Assembly: GCA_018657655.1 (NCBI GenBank)
Contig: JABHWQ010000358.1
Location: 1-40,691, forward strand
DNA from: Chloroflexota bacterium
GTDB taxonomy: Bacteria; Chloroflexota; Dehalococcoidia; SZUA-161; SpSt-899
Reading direction: 5' to 3'
DNA: 40,691 nucleotides
Shown here in pieces: positions 7,455 to 16,395 of the stretch (position 1 is its first letter; every line of letters begins with the position of its first letter). Position numbers and translations under genes: made by a program. A model generated the notes under the pieces. The model saw only the letters and a program-made list of their open reading frames with translations. It was not told the origin of the DNA and did no database searches.

Positions 7455-9583
7455 CTGGTGGCAGTGGGCTATTGGGAAGCAATATTGCCCGGTCAGCGAT
7501 TCGTGAATTCGATGCCTACGCTACCTACAAGGATCATGAATCGCAGATTCCCGGATGTCATTTCTTACACATGGATATACTGGATCGAAAGGAGGTCTTT
7601 TCGACTATCAAATCGATCAGACCCAATCTGGTTATTCACACGGCAGGGCTAGTGAACGTCGACTATTGCGAGCAACACCCTAGTGAAGCTTGGGAAGCTA
7701 ACGTAAATGGTACTGTCAACGTCGTAGAGGCATGCCGCGAAGTTGATGCCAAGATGATCTATATATCCACCAACGCCGTATTTGATGGGGCGCGAGGAAT
7801 GTATTGCGAAGAGGACCGTCCTCACGTTCTAAGTGTATATGCTAAGACTAAACTGGAAGGTGAGATAAGAGTTCAACGTTGGTTACCTGAAAGTATAGTT
7901 GTTAGAACCGCCTTTTATGGTTGGAGCTTGCACAACAGGAACACTCTGGCTGAATGGGTTCTGAAAAATTTGAGACATGGGAAGACAATCAAGATGTTTA
8001 CCGATGCCTTTTTTTCTCCGGTACTAGCCAGTAATCTGGCTGAGGCGCTGATCGAGATGTATCGCCAAGGACTCACTGGGACATACCATGTCGATGGCAG
8101 TGAGAGGTGTAGCAAGTATGAGTTCGGGCGAGCAATTGCGCGAATCTTCAAACTGGATGAAAGCAATATCGAGGCTTCCTCGATCTCAGAATCTGGACTC
8201 GTAGCCCCCAGACCGAGGGACATTTCTCTGGATATTAGCAAAGTGTCGAAGGCCATAAGCACCAGTCTGCTTGGAGTGGAGGATGGCATAGCGTGGTTCA
8301 AGTCACTGGAAAATAGTCTTGGGGAAAGAGCAAAGGGAAAACCGATTCAGTCGCCCATGCAGGCGAAGGGTTTCATACAGTATGGGAGGCAGTGGATTGA
8401 TGACGAAGACATCCGCGCAGTGGTTGAAGTGCTCAGAAGCGAGGTAATCACGCAAGGGCCAAAGGTAGAGGAATTCGAGAAAGCGATAGCAGACTATTGC
8501 GAGACGAAATACGCGGTAGCTGTCAACTCCGGAACCTCCGCCCTCCATATTGCATGTCTGGCTTCTGGCATAAAAGAAGGCGATGAGGCGATCACCACAC
8601 CGATAACTTTTGTAGCGTCAGCCAACTGTGCCGCGTACTGTGGGGCAAAGCCCGTTTTTGCGGACATAAATAAACAAACGTACAATATTTCACCAAATGA
8701 GATGGGAAAAAAGATTACGCCGCAGACGCGGATAGTTATTCCTGTGCACTTTGCCGGTCAAAGTTGTGATATGGAAATCATCCATGATATTGTTAGGAAA
8801 GCAGAAGAGGAATATGGCCATAAGATTTTCATCCTGGAAGATGCCTGTCATGCTCTGGGCTCGTTGTACAAAGGGGAAAGGGTCGGCGGATGTCGATTCT
8901 CTGATATGGTCGTGATGAGCTTTCATCCGGTCAAACATGTTACCTCCGGTGAGGGGGGAATCGTGTTGACTAATGATGAGAGCTTGTATAAAAAGCTAAA
9001 GCTCTTTCGATCTCATGGCATCACAAGTGATCCAGATGAATTCGTGAACACTGCACTTGCCTTCGGATCTTCGGGGGATGAGTCCAATCCGATAGTAAAT
9101 CCATGGTACTACGAACAGTTGTTCCTTGGTCACAACTATCGGATTACGGATATCCAGTGCGCGCTGGGCCTCTCCCAGTTGAGAAAGCTAGACAGCTTTC
9201 AAAGACGAAGAAAGGAAATCGTCCACAGATACAACCAAGCCTTTCAAAATATCAAACATCTACAAGTACCTGTGGAATCGGTTAACTGCGAAAGTAATCT
9301 TCATCTGTACGTACTCCGCATTGATTTCACGAGTCTCGGTATTGATCGCGCTCGATTCATGCTCGATCTCAAAGACAAAGGCATACAGACACAGGTACAC
9401 TATATCCCCGTACACCTGCAACCGTTCTATAAAAATAGTTATGGAACTAACTGGGGCGATTGCCCCAACGCCGAACATTATTATGAGGAATGCCTTTCAA
9501 TTCCATTGTACCCAGCCATGACCGACCTCGATATTCATAGGGTAATCACAGAAATACAAACCGCTGTGGAAGGATCAACATGA
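7430..9583 (+). CDS. bifunctional fusion: RmlD-like 4-ketoreductase domain (aa ~1-295) plus PseC-type DegT/DnrJ/EryC1 aminotransferase domain (aa ~313-717)
   Basis: Single uninterrupted 717-aa ORF. N-terminal domain: LLITGGSGLLG, VIHTAGLVNVDYCEQHPSEAWEANVNG, ISTNAVFDG and YAKTKLEGE, matching the RmlD substrate-binding-domain pattern. A linker follows (LGERAKGKPIQSPMQAKG). C-terminal domain: FIQYGRQWIDDEDI...ITQGPKVEEFE, NSGTSALH, and MSFHPVKHVTSGEGG with the PLP lysine. Confidence 0.85.
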   Translation: MDKNRLLITGGSGLLGSNIARSAIREFDAYATYKDHESQIPGCHFLHMDILDRKEVFSTIKSIRPNLVIHTAGLVNVDYCEQHPSEAWEANVNGTVNVVEACREVDAKMIYISTNAVFDGARGMYCEEDRPHVLSVYAKTKLEGEIRVQRWLPESIVVRTAFYGWSLHNRNTLAEWVLKNLRHGKTIKMFTDAFFSPVLASNLAEALIEMYRQGLTGTYHVDGSERCSKYEFGRAIARIFKLDESNIEASSISESGLVAPRPRDISLDISKVSKAISTSLLGVEDGIAWFKSLENSLGERAKGKPIQSPMQAKGFIQYGRQWIDDEDIRAVVEVLRSEVITQGPKVEEFEKAIADYCETKYAVAVNSGTSALHIACLASGIKEGDEAITTPITFVASANCAAYCGAKPVFADINKQTYNISPNEMGKKITPQTRIVIPVHFAGQSCDMEIIHDIVRKAEEEYGHKIFILEDACHALGSLYKGERVGGCRFSDMVVMSFHPVKHVTSGEGGIVLTNDESLYKKLKLFRSHGITSDPDEFVNTALAFGSSGDESNPIVNPWYYEQLFLGHNYRITDIQCALGLSQLRKLDSFQRRRKEIVHRYNQAFQNIKHLQVPVESVNCESNLHLYVLRIDFTSLGIDRARFMLDLKDKGIQTQVHYIPVHLQPFYKNSYGTNWGDCPNAEHYYEECLSIPLYPAMTDLDIHRVITEIQTAVEGST

Positions 9584-10896
9584 ACTTAACAAAAAGCCTA
9601 GCGATGCAGGAACGGGCAAAGCGGCGAATTCCCGGTATGACTCAATTGCTATCGAAACGTCCGGATATGTTTTCTTCCGGGGTATGGCCCGGCTACTACA
9701 GCAAAGCGAAAGGTGTGGAGGTGTGGGACCTCGACGGTAACCGTTACATAGACATGAGTATCGGCGGGATCGGAGCCAATATTCTTGGGTATGCAGACCC
9801 TGACGTAGACGAAGCGGTGCACGCAGTTATAAAAAATGGAACAAGCAGTTCTTTGAATTGCCCCGAGGAAGTTGAACTGGCTGACATGCTCTGTGAGATT
9901 CATCCATGGGCTGAAATGGTTCGTTTTGCTCGCTCAGGCGGGGAATCCATGGCGATGGCAGTAAGAATTGCGCGTGCCTATACAGGAAAAGACAAGATCG
10001 CATTTTGCGGATATCATGGTTGGCATGACTGGTACCTATCAGCAAACCTGGGGACCGAGAACGCTTTAGGAGAGCATCTCCTGCCCGGTCTAAGCCCGGT
10101 TGGGGTTCCAAAAGGTCTTACCGGTACAGCTCTTCCGTTCAGATATAATCACATAGATGAGCTTGAAGCTATTGTGAGAGGCAACAAGGATGATTTAGCA
10201 GCTATTGTAATGGAACCGATTCGCAGCGAAAAACCGCAGGCAGCATTTCTTGAAGGAGCTCGTGCCTTAGCCGATGCAAGCAAAGCTGTTCTGATTATCG
10301 ACGAGATATCCGCTGGATTCAGGATGAACTCAGGCGGCGCTCATCTATTATTTAACCTGACTCCAGATATGGCCGTCTTCTCAAAAGCTTTGGGGAACGG
10401 ATACCCGATTGCAGCGATAATTGGCAGAAGTCATATAATGGAGTCGGCACAGAGTTCTTTCATTAGCAGCACAATGTGGACCGAACGTGTTGGGCCAACT
10501 GCGGCGCTGGCGACTATTAAGAAACACCAATCATTTGATGTTGGGAGTCATTTGATATCTATCGGGCAACTGGCACAGGAAGGCTGGCGACGGCTGGCGA
10601 CCAGGAATGATTTAAATATCCATATAGCGGGAATAGCTCCCGCAAGCCATTTCAATTTTGATTATGAAAATGCCATGTCTATGAAGGCTCTCTTCATTCA
10701 ATTTATGCTTGAAAGAGGGTTCCTGGCTTCAAATCTGTTTTATGTCATGTTCGCGCATCAAACCCAGCATGTCGACTCGTATTTACAGGCTGTTGATGAG
10801 GTTTTTTCACTTATAGCAGAGGCAAACAAGGACGGGACTGTGGAGAAGAGGTTGAAAGGTGAGCCGTCCATTTCCGGTTTCAAGAGGTTAGCCTAG
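9580..10896 (+). CDS. class-III PLP aminotransferase, glutamate-1-semialdehyde aminomutase (HemL)-like
   Basis: 438 aa. Motifs: GYHGWHDWY, IIDEISAGFR, and FSKALGNGYPIAA with the PLP lysine. ATGA overlap with the upstream gene. Confidence 0.8.
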   Translation: MNLTKSLAMQERAKRRIPGMTQLLSKRPDMFSSGVWPGYYSKAKGVEVWDLDGNRYIDMSIGGIGANILGYADPDVDEAVHAVIKNGTSSSLNCPEEVELADMLCEIHPWAEMVRFARSGGESMAMAVRIARAYTGKDKIAFCGYHGWHDWYLSANLGTENALGEHLLPGLSPVGVPKGLTGTALPFRYNHIDELEAIVRGNKDDLAAIVMEPIRSEKPQAAFLEGARALADASKAVLIIDEISAGFRMNSGGAHLLFNLTPDMAVFSKALGNGYPIAAIIGRSHIMESAQSSFISSTMWTERVGPTAALATIKKHQSFDVGSHLISIGQLAQEGWRRLATRNDLNIHIAGIAPASHFNFDYENAMSMKALFIQFMLERGFLASNLFYVMFAHQTQHVDSYLQAVDEVFSLIAEANKDGTVEKRLKGEPSISGFKRLA

Positions 10897-10911
10897 TTTG
10901 AGGGGACAGCC

Positions 10912-11805
10912 TTGCACGATATTCCGCTCGTTTTGGGAACTGTACAACTTGGAGTTTCGTACGGGGTAGCCAATAAAACTGGTTGTCCTGATCAATCAAG
11001 TGCGATTTCCATTGTACGTGAGGCGTGGGAAAATGGAATTCGCGAATTCGATACAGCACAAGGGTATGGGAAAAGTGAACGTGTCTTAGGCCAAGCTCTG
11101 GAGGTATTGGGATTTGCTCACGAGGCCAGAATTGTCACCAAATTTGACCCTAATCTGGATCACTTGGATGATAGAATCATGGCTAGCGCTTTGGACAAGT
11201 CCTTGGGCAATCTTGGCCAATCGAGTCTATATGCTATGATGCTGCACCGAGAGGATTTACTTTCTATATGGGATTGCGGATTGTCCGACGTGTTGGGAGG
11301 CTTTGTAGCTAGAGGAAAGATTGAGAAAGTGGGATTTTCAGTTTACTCACCAGATAAAGCGCTTGAAGCGTTAAACACTGATGGCGTAGATATTGTACAG
11401 CTTCCAACGAACGTTCTGGATCGACGATTTGAAACCGCTGGCGTTTTTCAACTGGCAATGGAAAAGCAGAAGATAGTGTATATCCGAAGCGTGTTTCTTC
11501 AGGGTTTAATCTTGATGGAGGAGGAAGAGATTCCGGAAAGAATGGCTTTCGCGAAGCCTTTCATTCGCAGATTTGAGTCCCTGTCAAAGGAGTTGGGATT
11601 TACTCGTCGCGAATTGGCATTGGGATACATAAAGCATGGATTTCCTGGCACAAAGTTGGTATTTGGCGCTGAGCTCTCCGGACAGGTGCGAGCCAACTGC
11701 TCAAGCTGGGAAAAGGAAATCCCTGCCTCATTAGTTCCTCTCATAAGGGAAAACTTCACAGATGTCGATCATCGAGTCCTGAATCCAAGTCTGTGGTCGA
11801 AATAA
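10912..11805 (+). CDS. aldo/keto reductase family oxidoreductase
   Basis: 297 aa with a TTG start preceded by GAGGGGA. Motifs: LGTVQLG and FDTAQGYGKSERVLGQAL (AKR Asp/Tyr region). Confidence 0.8.
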   Translation: MHDIPLVLGTVQLGVSYGVANKTGCPDQSSAISIVREAWENGIREFDTAQGYGKSERVLGQALEVLGFAHEARIVTKFDPNLDHLDDRIMASALDKSLGNLGQSSLYAMMLHREDLLSIWDCGLSDVLGGFVARGKIEKVGFSVYSPDKALEALNTDGVDIVQLPTNVLDRRFETAGVFQLAMEKQKIVYIRSVFLQGLILMEEEEIPERMAFAKPFIRRFESLSKELGFTRRELALGYIKHGFPGTKLVFGAELSGQVRANCSSWEKEIPASLVPLIRENFTDVDHRVLNPSLWSK

Positions 11806-11806
11806 T

Positions 11807-12574
11807 ATGATTGCCGCCATCATTCAAGCCCGCATGACGTCGAATCGGCTGCCTGGCAAGGTAATGAAGCAAGTAATGGGGAAACCTCTGCTGGGCTATT
11901 TGGTCGAACGGCTTCGGGCTTGCAGCCATCTCGATAACGTTATCATCGCCACAACAGTGAACGCTGAAGACGATGTAATCGCAAATTATGCCAACCAGGA
12001 AAAGATGCTTGTTTGCAGGGGATCCGAACACGATGTGCTATCAAGATATTATGAAAGTGCGAAGGAATTCGGTGTTGATCATATAGCAAGAATCACCTCC
12101 GATTGCCCTCTAAGTGATCCTGCGATTGTTGATAGAACCATCAAAACGTATCTGGAAGGCAAATACGACTATGTTCATTTAGCGCCTTCTTTTGCAGAAG
12201 GGCTCGATACGGAGATTTTCTCGCTGGCGGCTCTGGAGATTGCACATGGGAAGGCACGCCTGCGTTCTGAGAGGGAGCACGTTACACTCTATTTTTACAA
12301 CAATCCCGGGGCATTCAGAAAACTGGTGATAGAGAACGAAACTGACGATGGACACTATAGAATAACGGTAGACGAACCAGAGGACTTTGAAGTTGTTAAG
12401 GCTGTGATTGAAGCGCTATATGAAAAAGATTCCATTCCCTTTAGTTTTGGAACCATAAAATCCTTCCTGGATGATCATCCGGAAATACTCCGGAAGAATT
12501 CACACATAATCAGAAATGAAGGACTGCAGATATCTTTGATCAATGATGGGTTTATAGAAGACGATGAACGTTAG
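11807..12574 (+). CDS. cytidylyltransferase, SpsF / acylneuraminate-cytidylyltransferase-like (candidate CMP-nonulosonate synthetase)
   Basis: 255 aa. Motifs: MIAAIIQARMTSNRLPGKVM...GKPLL and RITSDCPLSDP, characteristic of the SpsF/CTP_transf_3 type. Confidence 0.8.
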   Translation: MIAAIIQARMTSNRLPGKVMKQVMGKPLLGYLVERLRACSHLDNVIIATTVNAEDDVIANYANQEKMLVCRGSEHDVLSRYYESAKEFGVDHIARITSDCPLSDPAIVDRTIKTYLEGKYDYVHLAPSFAEGLDTEIFSLAALEIAHGKARLRSEREHVTLYFYNNPGAFRKLVIENETDDGHYRITVDEPEDFEVVKAVIEALYEKDSIPFSFGTIKSFLDDHPEILRKNSHIIRNEGLQISLINDGFIEDDER

Positions 12575-12673
12575 TAAGGATTCTGTGTAGTTGCTATATC
12601 GGAAACTGCCAACACAAATCAATTATATCATTAGAAACACTATTGAAAGACATAATTCTCGGATAGTACATGA

Positions 12674-12702
12674 TTTACAATTGGCTGTTCCACAGATAAA
12701 TG
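12674..12702 (+). promoter_or_regulatory. weak sigma70-like promoter candidate in the 147-bp gap before the PseG-like gene
   Basis: TTTACA (12674-12679), 17-nt spacer, TAAATG (12697-12702). The leader would be very short and the taxon is unknown, so support is weak. Confidence 0.15.
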
Positions 12703-12721
12703 TTTTTCCGGTGAATGTAAA

Positions 12722-13834
12722 ATGTGTTTAGACCAAGAAGCGCCAAGTTTCAAATCCGTTATCCGCACATCCAGCACAATTTTGGTCAGAGTGGATGGTG
12801 CTCACCATTTGGGAATGGGACATGTGATCAGGTGTATTGCGCTCTGTTCTGCAATGAGACAGTGCGGAATTGGCGTCACATTTGTTATTCGAGACTATGA
12901 TGACAGAATCAGCAATCTGATTCGCACCCATGCATTTGATGTTGAGTTAGTAGACAGTCAAATCAGTCTCAAGGATGATGCAAGCCGCACGGCTGCTATT
13001 GCAGAAAAGCTCGGCGTGGATTGCATTCTGACCGACTTGAGTCACAGTGACAATCACTCACGGCTATCTGAGTATTATTCATTCTATGACATACTTCTTG
13101 AGTCCAATAGACATGTAGTTGTTGTTGATGATATTGAGAAAATTGACTTGCCGTTTGATGTCCAGATAATCCCATATTATGAGACAGAGCATCTGGATTA
13201 CATTCGGTTTGACAAGACGAAATATCTCTTGGGATGCTCCTATTTCATCGTTTCAGAGAAATTGGCTCGAGCAGCCAATTCGACCCGGGTCATAAGGCCA
13301 ATTGGAACGAGAGTTCTTGTTTCAATTGGAGGAAGTGATCCTACCAAGATGACGCCATTGGTAGCTAATGCAATTGCCAGATTGAGCCGTCCTGAAATGG
13401 AAGTGAAATTTATCTGTTGGGAAGGATTTTCCAGCGATGCCGCTCATCAAATTGAAGCTGCCATGCAGAATTACGATGGCGTATATGAATTGTGTTCAAG
13501 CCAAGATATCTCAGAATTCATGTTATGGTGCGATATTCTAGTATCTGCCGGAGGTTTAACGAAATATGAGGCTGCACTTACTGGAACACCGGATATCATC
13601 ATTTCGGGATCGGACCTTGAGATGAAGCGTGCAGATAGATTCGCCCAATCTGGTTGTGCATTCCATATCGGACACCAGGCAAATGTACATGCTGATGAAC
13701 TTTCAGAAATAATAGAACTGTTATCGGCAAACCACGATACACGGTTATCAATGTCTAACAGGGGGAAAGCTATGATTGATGGCAAAGGCACCGAAAGAAT
13801 CATAAACCAATTACCCGTGAGTTTGCCACAATGA
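12722..13834 (+). CDS. pseG: UDP-2,4-diacetamido-2,4,6-trideoxy-hexose hydrolase, PseG/SpsG family (GT-B-like)
   Basis: 370 aa. The N-terminus ILVRVDGAHHLGMGHVIRCIALCSAM matches the PseG/SpsG signature (R-x-D-x4-G-x-GH-x-x-RC). The C-terminal half has GGSDPT and SAGGLTKYEA. Confidence 0.75.
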   Translation: MCLDQEAPSFKSVIRTSSTILVRVDGAHHLGMGHVIRCIALCSAMRQCGIGVTFVIRDYDDRISNLIRTHAFDVELVDSQISLKDDASRTAAIAEKLGVDCILTDLSHSDNHSRLSEYYSFYDILLESNRHVVVVDDIEKIDLPFDVQIIPYYETEHLDYIRFDKTKYLLGCSYFIVSEKLARAANSTRVIRPIGTRVLVSIGGSDPTKMTPLVANAIARLSRPEMEVKFICWEGFSSDAAHQIEAAMQNYDGVYELCSSQDISEFMLWCDILVSAGGLTKYEAALTGTPDIIISGSDLEMKRADRFAQSGCAFHIGHQANVHADELSEIIELLSANHDTRLSMSNRGKAMIDGKGTERIINQLPVSLPQ

Positions 13835-14856
13835 AAGTCAACATCAAATTGGGAGATCGAATGGTCGGTGATGGAGAACCGACTCTCGTTATTGCCGAAA
13901 TCGGTTCAAATCACAATCAGAAGCTCTCACAAGCAAAGCAACTTATAGATGCCGCCGCCAAAGCCGGAGTTGATGCAGTCAAGTTCCAATTGTTCAAAGC
14001 TGAAGTATTGTACCCCAATAGGGATACCTACTATGACATAATGAAAGCCAATGAACTACCTCGGGAATGGGTAACAGAACTCGCAACTTACGCTAAACAA
14101 CACAATCTGCTATTTATGGCCAGCCCATTTGACTATGAAGCCATTGATATTCTCGATGAATTGGAAACTCCGGCATTGAAACTGGCCTCATCTGAAGCTG
14201 TGAACTGGCCCTTGGTACAATATGCTGCATCGAAAAAGCGCCCATTGATTGTCTCTACGGGCATGTGTGATTTGGCCGATGTATCTCAATTGGTTGAACT
14301 GGTTCGGAATACAGCGAATAACGAAGATGTCATTTTGCTTCAATGCACCGCACTGTATCCTCCAGAGCCGCGGCAAGTGAACTTGCGGGCTATGGAGACG
14401 ATGAGAAATGCTTTTCATTTGCTAATAGGCTTTTCTGACCATACACCTGGTATAACAATATCAGTGGCAGCTGTGGCAAGGGGAGCATGTATTATAGAAA
14501 AACACCTTACGTTGAATCGTGGAATGGAAGGGCCTGATCACGCATATGCACTTGAACCTGACGAGATGGGTACGTTGGTTAAGTCAATACGTACAGTAGA
14601 AGCAAGCCTCGGCTCACCAGTGAAAGATATGTTAACATCGGAAAGGTCCGTAGCAAGGAGAGAAAGCGTAACCGCAACGATTGACATTCCAAAATCCACA
14701 AAAATTACCCGAGACATGCTTGTCTGCAGTCGACCAGCTATCGGGATCAAACCTAAGTTTGTTGAAGCGGTAATCGGAAGTTCAAGCAACCAAGATATCA
14801 ACGCGGGCCAAGCCCTCACGTGGGATATGCTGAATGTGCGCTCGCGAGGAGATTGA
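13831..14856 (+). CDS. nonulosonic acid synthase, NeuB/PseI/LegI family (PEP-dependent condensing enzyme)
   Basis: 341 aa. Motifs: GEPTLVIAEIGSNHNQKLSQAKQLIDAAAKAGVDAVKFQ, FSDHTPG, IEKHLT, and a C-terminal SAF/antifreeze-like domain. ATGA overlap with the upstream gene. Confidence 0.9.
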   Translation: MKVNIKLGDRMVGDGEPTLVIAEIGSNHNQKLSQAKQLIDAAAKAGVDAVKFQLFKAEVLYPNRDTYYDIMKANELPREWVTELATYAKQHNLLFMASPFDYEAIDILDELETPALKLASSEAVNWPLVQYAASKKRPLIVSTGMCDLADVSQLVELVRNTANNEDVILLQCTALYPPEPRQVNLRAMETMRNAFHLLIGFSDHTPGITISVAAVARGACIIEKHLTLNRGMEGPDHAYALEPDEMGTLVKSIRTVEASLGSPVKDMLTSERSVARRESVTATIDIPKSTKITRDMLVCSRPAIGIKPKFVEAVIGSSSNQDINAGQALTWDMLNVRSRGD

Positions 14857-14857
14857 G

Positions 14858-15625
14858 ATGACTGAAAAGAATAGATTTGACTATCAAGGTGAGACGAAGG
14901 CTTCTGATGCCCAAATTGCCCATCGAGAGATCTTATACAAGCTCTTTCGTGAACGACCAATGCCTGACGACCAGTTACTCATCGTCCAAGGTCTCTATAT
15001 GCGAAGTTCAGCGCTAGCCAAGATACTGTTCCTCAACGAAATGTATGAACTGATTCTGGGTATCCCAGGCATCATCGTTGAGTTCGGTTGTTGGTGGGGG
15101 CAGAACGTGATTGTACTTGAGAACCTGCGCGCAATTTATGAACCTTTCAATCAAAGCCGCCGCATTGTTGGATTCGATACCTTCAGTGGTTATACATCCA
15201 TATCTGAGAAAGACCATCCGAGCAATACGATTAAATTTGGCGGTTACAATGTCACTGAATGCTATCGATCCTATTTAGAAGAGTTGATAGATTATCACGA
15301 GCAGAACAACGTTCTGGCAAACGTAAAAAAACACCGGGTGATAGAAGGGGATGTTGTGGAGACGGTGCCAAAGTTCTTTACGCAAAATTCGGAGACAGTT
15401 GTGGCATTGGCCTATTTTGATATGGCACTATACGAGCCCACAAAAGTATGCATGGAAACCATAAAGCCTCATTTGATACCCGGGAGTGTTATTATGCTGG
15501 ACGAGTTCAATTGTCCGGAATATCCAGGCGAAACCATTGCTTTCAGGGAAATCTTTGGACATATGTCATACGATATTCGGTGCTCCAGATTCATGAATGA
15601 CCGGACTTTTATAATAATCAGATAA
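14858..15625 (+). CDS. TylF/MycF-like class I SAM-dependent (O-)methyltransferase
   Basis: Motifs: GIIVEFGCWWGQNVI...RIVGFDTFSGY and EGDVVETVP...ALAYFDMALYEPT...PGSVIMLDEF, following the TylF pattern. I chose ATG 14858 (TGAGATG junction, GGAG upstream) over the ORF-maximal 14834. Confidence 0.65.
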   Translation: MTEKNRFDYQGETKASDAQIAHREILYKLFRERPMPDDQLLIVQGLYMRSSALAKILFLNEMYELILGIPGIIVEFGCWWGQNVIVLENLRAIYEPFNQSRRIVGFDTFSGYTSISEKDHPSNTIKFGGYNVTECYRSYLEELIDYHEQNNVLANVKKHRVIEGDVVETVPKFFTQNSETVVALAYFDMALYEPTKVCMETIKPHLIPGSVIMLDEFNCPEYPGETIAFREIFGHMSYDIRCSRFMNDRTFIIIR

Positions 15626-15643
15626 TGAACAGATAATTCGATC

Positions 15644-16327
15644 ATGAAAGAAATAATCATTTTCGGCACCGGAGAAATCGGGCAATTGGCATACTACTAT
15701 TTCACACACGACAGCCCTTATCAAGTCGCTGCATTTACCGCGGACAGTGAATTCATACAGGAACAGACATTGATGGGTCTTCCTGTGACACCCTTTGAGA
15801 ATATAATTGACACCTATCCACCGGAATATTTCGATATGTTTGTCGCTTTAAGCTACCGCAAAATGAATAGTATCCGAGCTGAAAAGTATAACGCAGCGAA
15901 AACCAAAGGTTACAAACTGGTTAGTTATGTGTGCTCCAAATCTGTACTCTGGGATGATCTGGCCATAGGTGATAATTGCCTCATTCTGGAAAACCAGACA
16001 ATTCAACCTACAGTTAGAATAGGATCTAACGTAATGATCTGGAGCGGAAATCATCTGGGTCATGGGAGTACTATCAACGATCACACTTACATCAGCAGCC
16101 ATGTATGTATCTCCGGGCACGTGGAGATTGGTACCAATTGCTTTGTTGGAGTGAACGCCGCCATTAAAGATTTCGTTAGAATCGGGAATGGCGTGTTTGT
16201 ATCCATGGGCGCTTTGGTTACCAAGGACATCGAAGACGGTGCCGTTGTTTTGGGATCGAGGGGAACAATACTTCCCTCTGACTCAGAGACAGCCACTAGC
16301 ATGAAAAGAATGTATTTCGGAATGTGA
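15644..16327 (+). CDS. NeuD/PglD-family sugar N/O-acetyltransferase (Rossmann-like N-domain plus left-handed beta-helix)
   Basis: 227 aa. N-terminus IIIFGTGEIGQLAYYY, then hexapeptide repeats (IGDNCLI, IGSNVMI, IGTNCFVGVNAAI, IGNGVFV). Confidence 0.8.
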   Translation: MKEIIIFGTGEIGQLAYYYFTHDSPYQVAAFTADSEFIQEQTLMGLPVTPFENIIDTYPPEYFDMFVALSYRKMNSIRAEKYNAAKTKGYKLVSYVCSKSVLWDDLAIGDNCLILENQTIQPTVRIGSNVMIWSGNHLGHGSTINDHTYISSHVCISGHVEIGTNCFVGVNAAIKDFVRIGNGVFVSMGALVTKDIEDGAVVLGSRGTILPSDSETATSMKRMYFGM

Positions 16328-16395
16328 TGCAACGCGAAAATATCCACTTCAAAACTGATAGAATCCTAATCAGGATTGTGTTAGGAGCCTGATTA

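Noticed and set aside
16362-16377. Small hairpin AATCCT-AATC-AGGATT between the NeuD-like gene and the propeller gene, as a possible terminator.
   Set aside because: It has only a 6-bp AT-rich stem and no following T-tract, and it sits just upstream of the next RBS. It is unlikely to terminate transcription.
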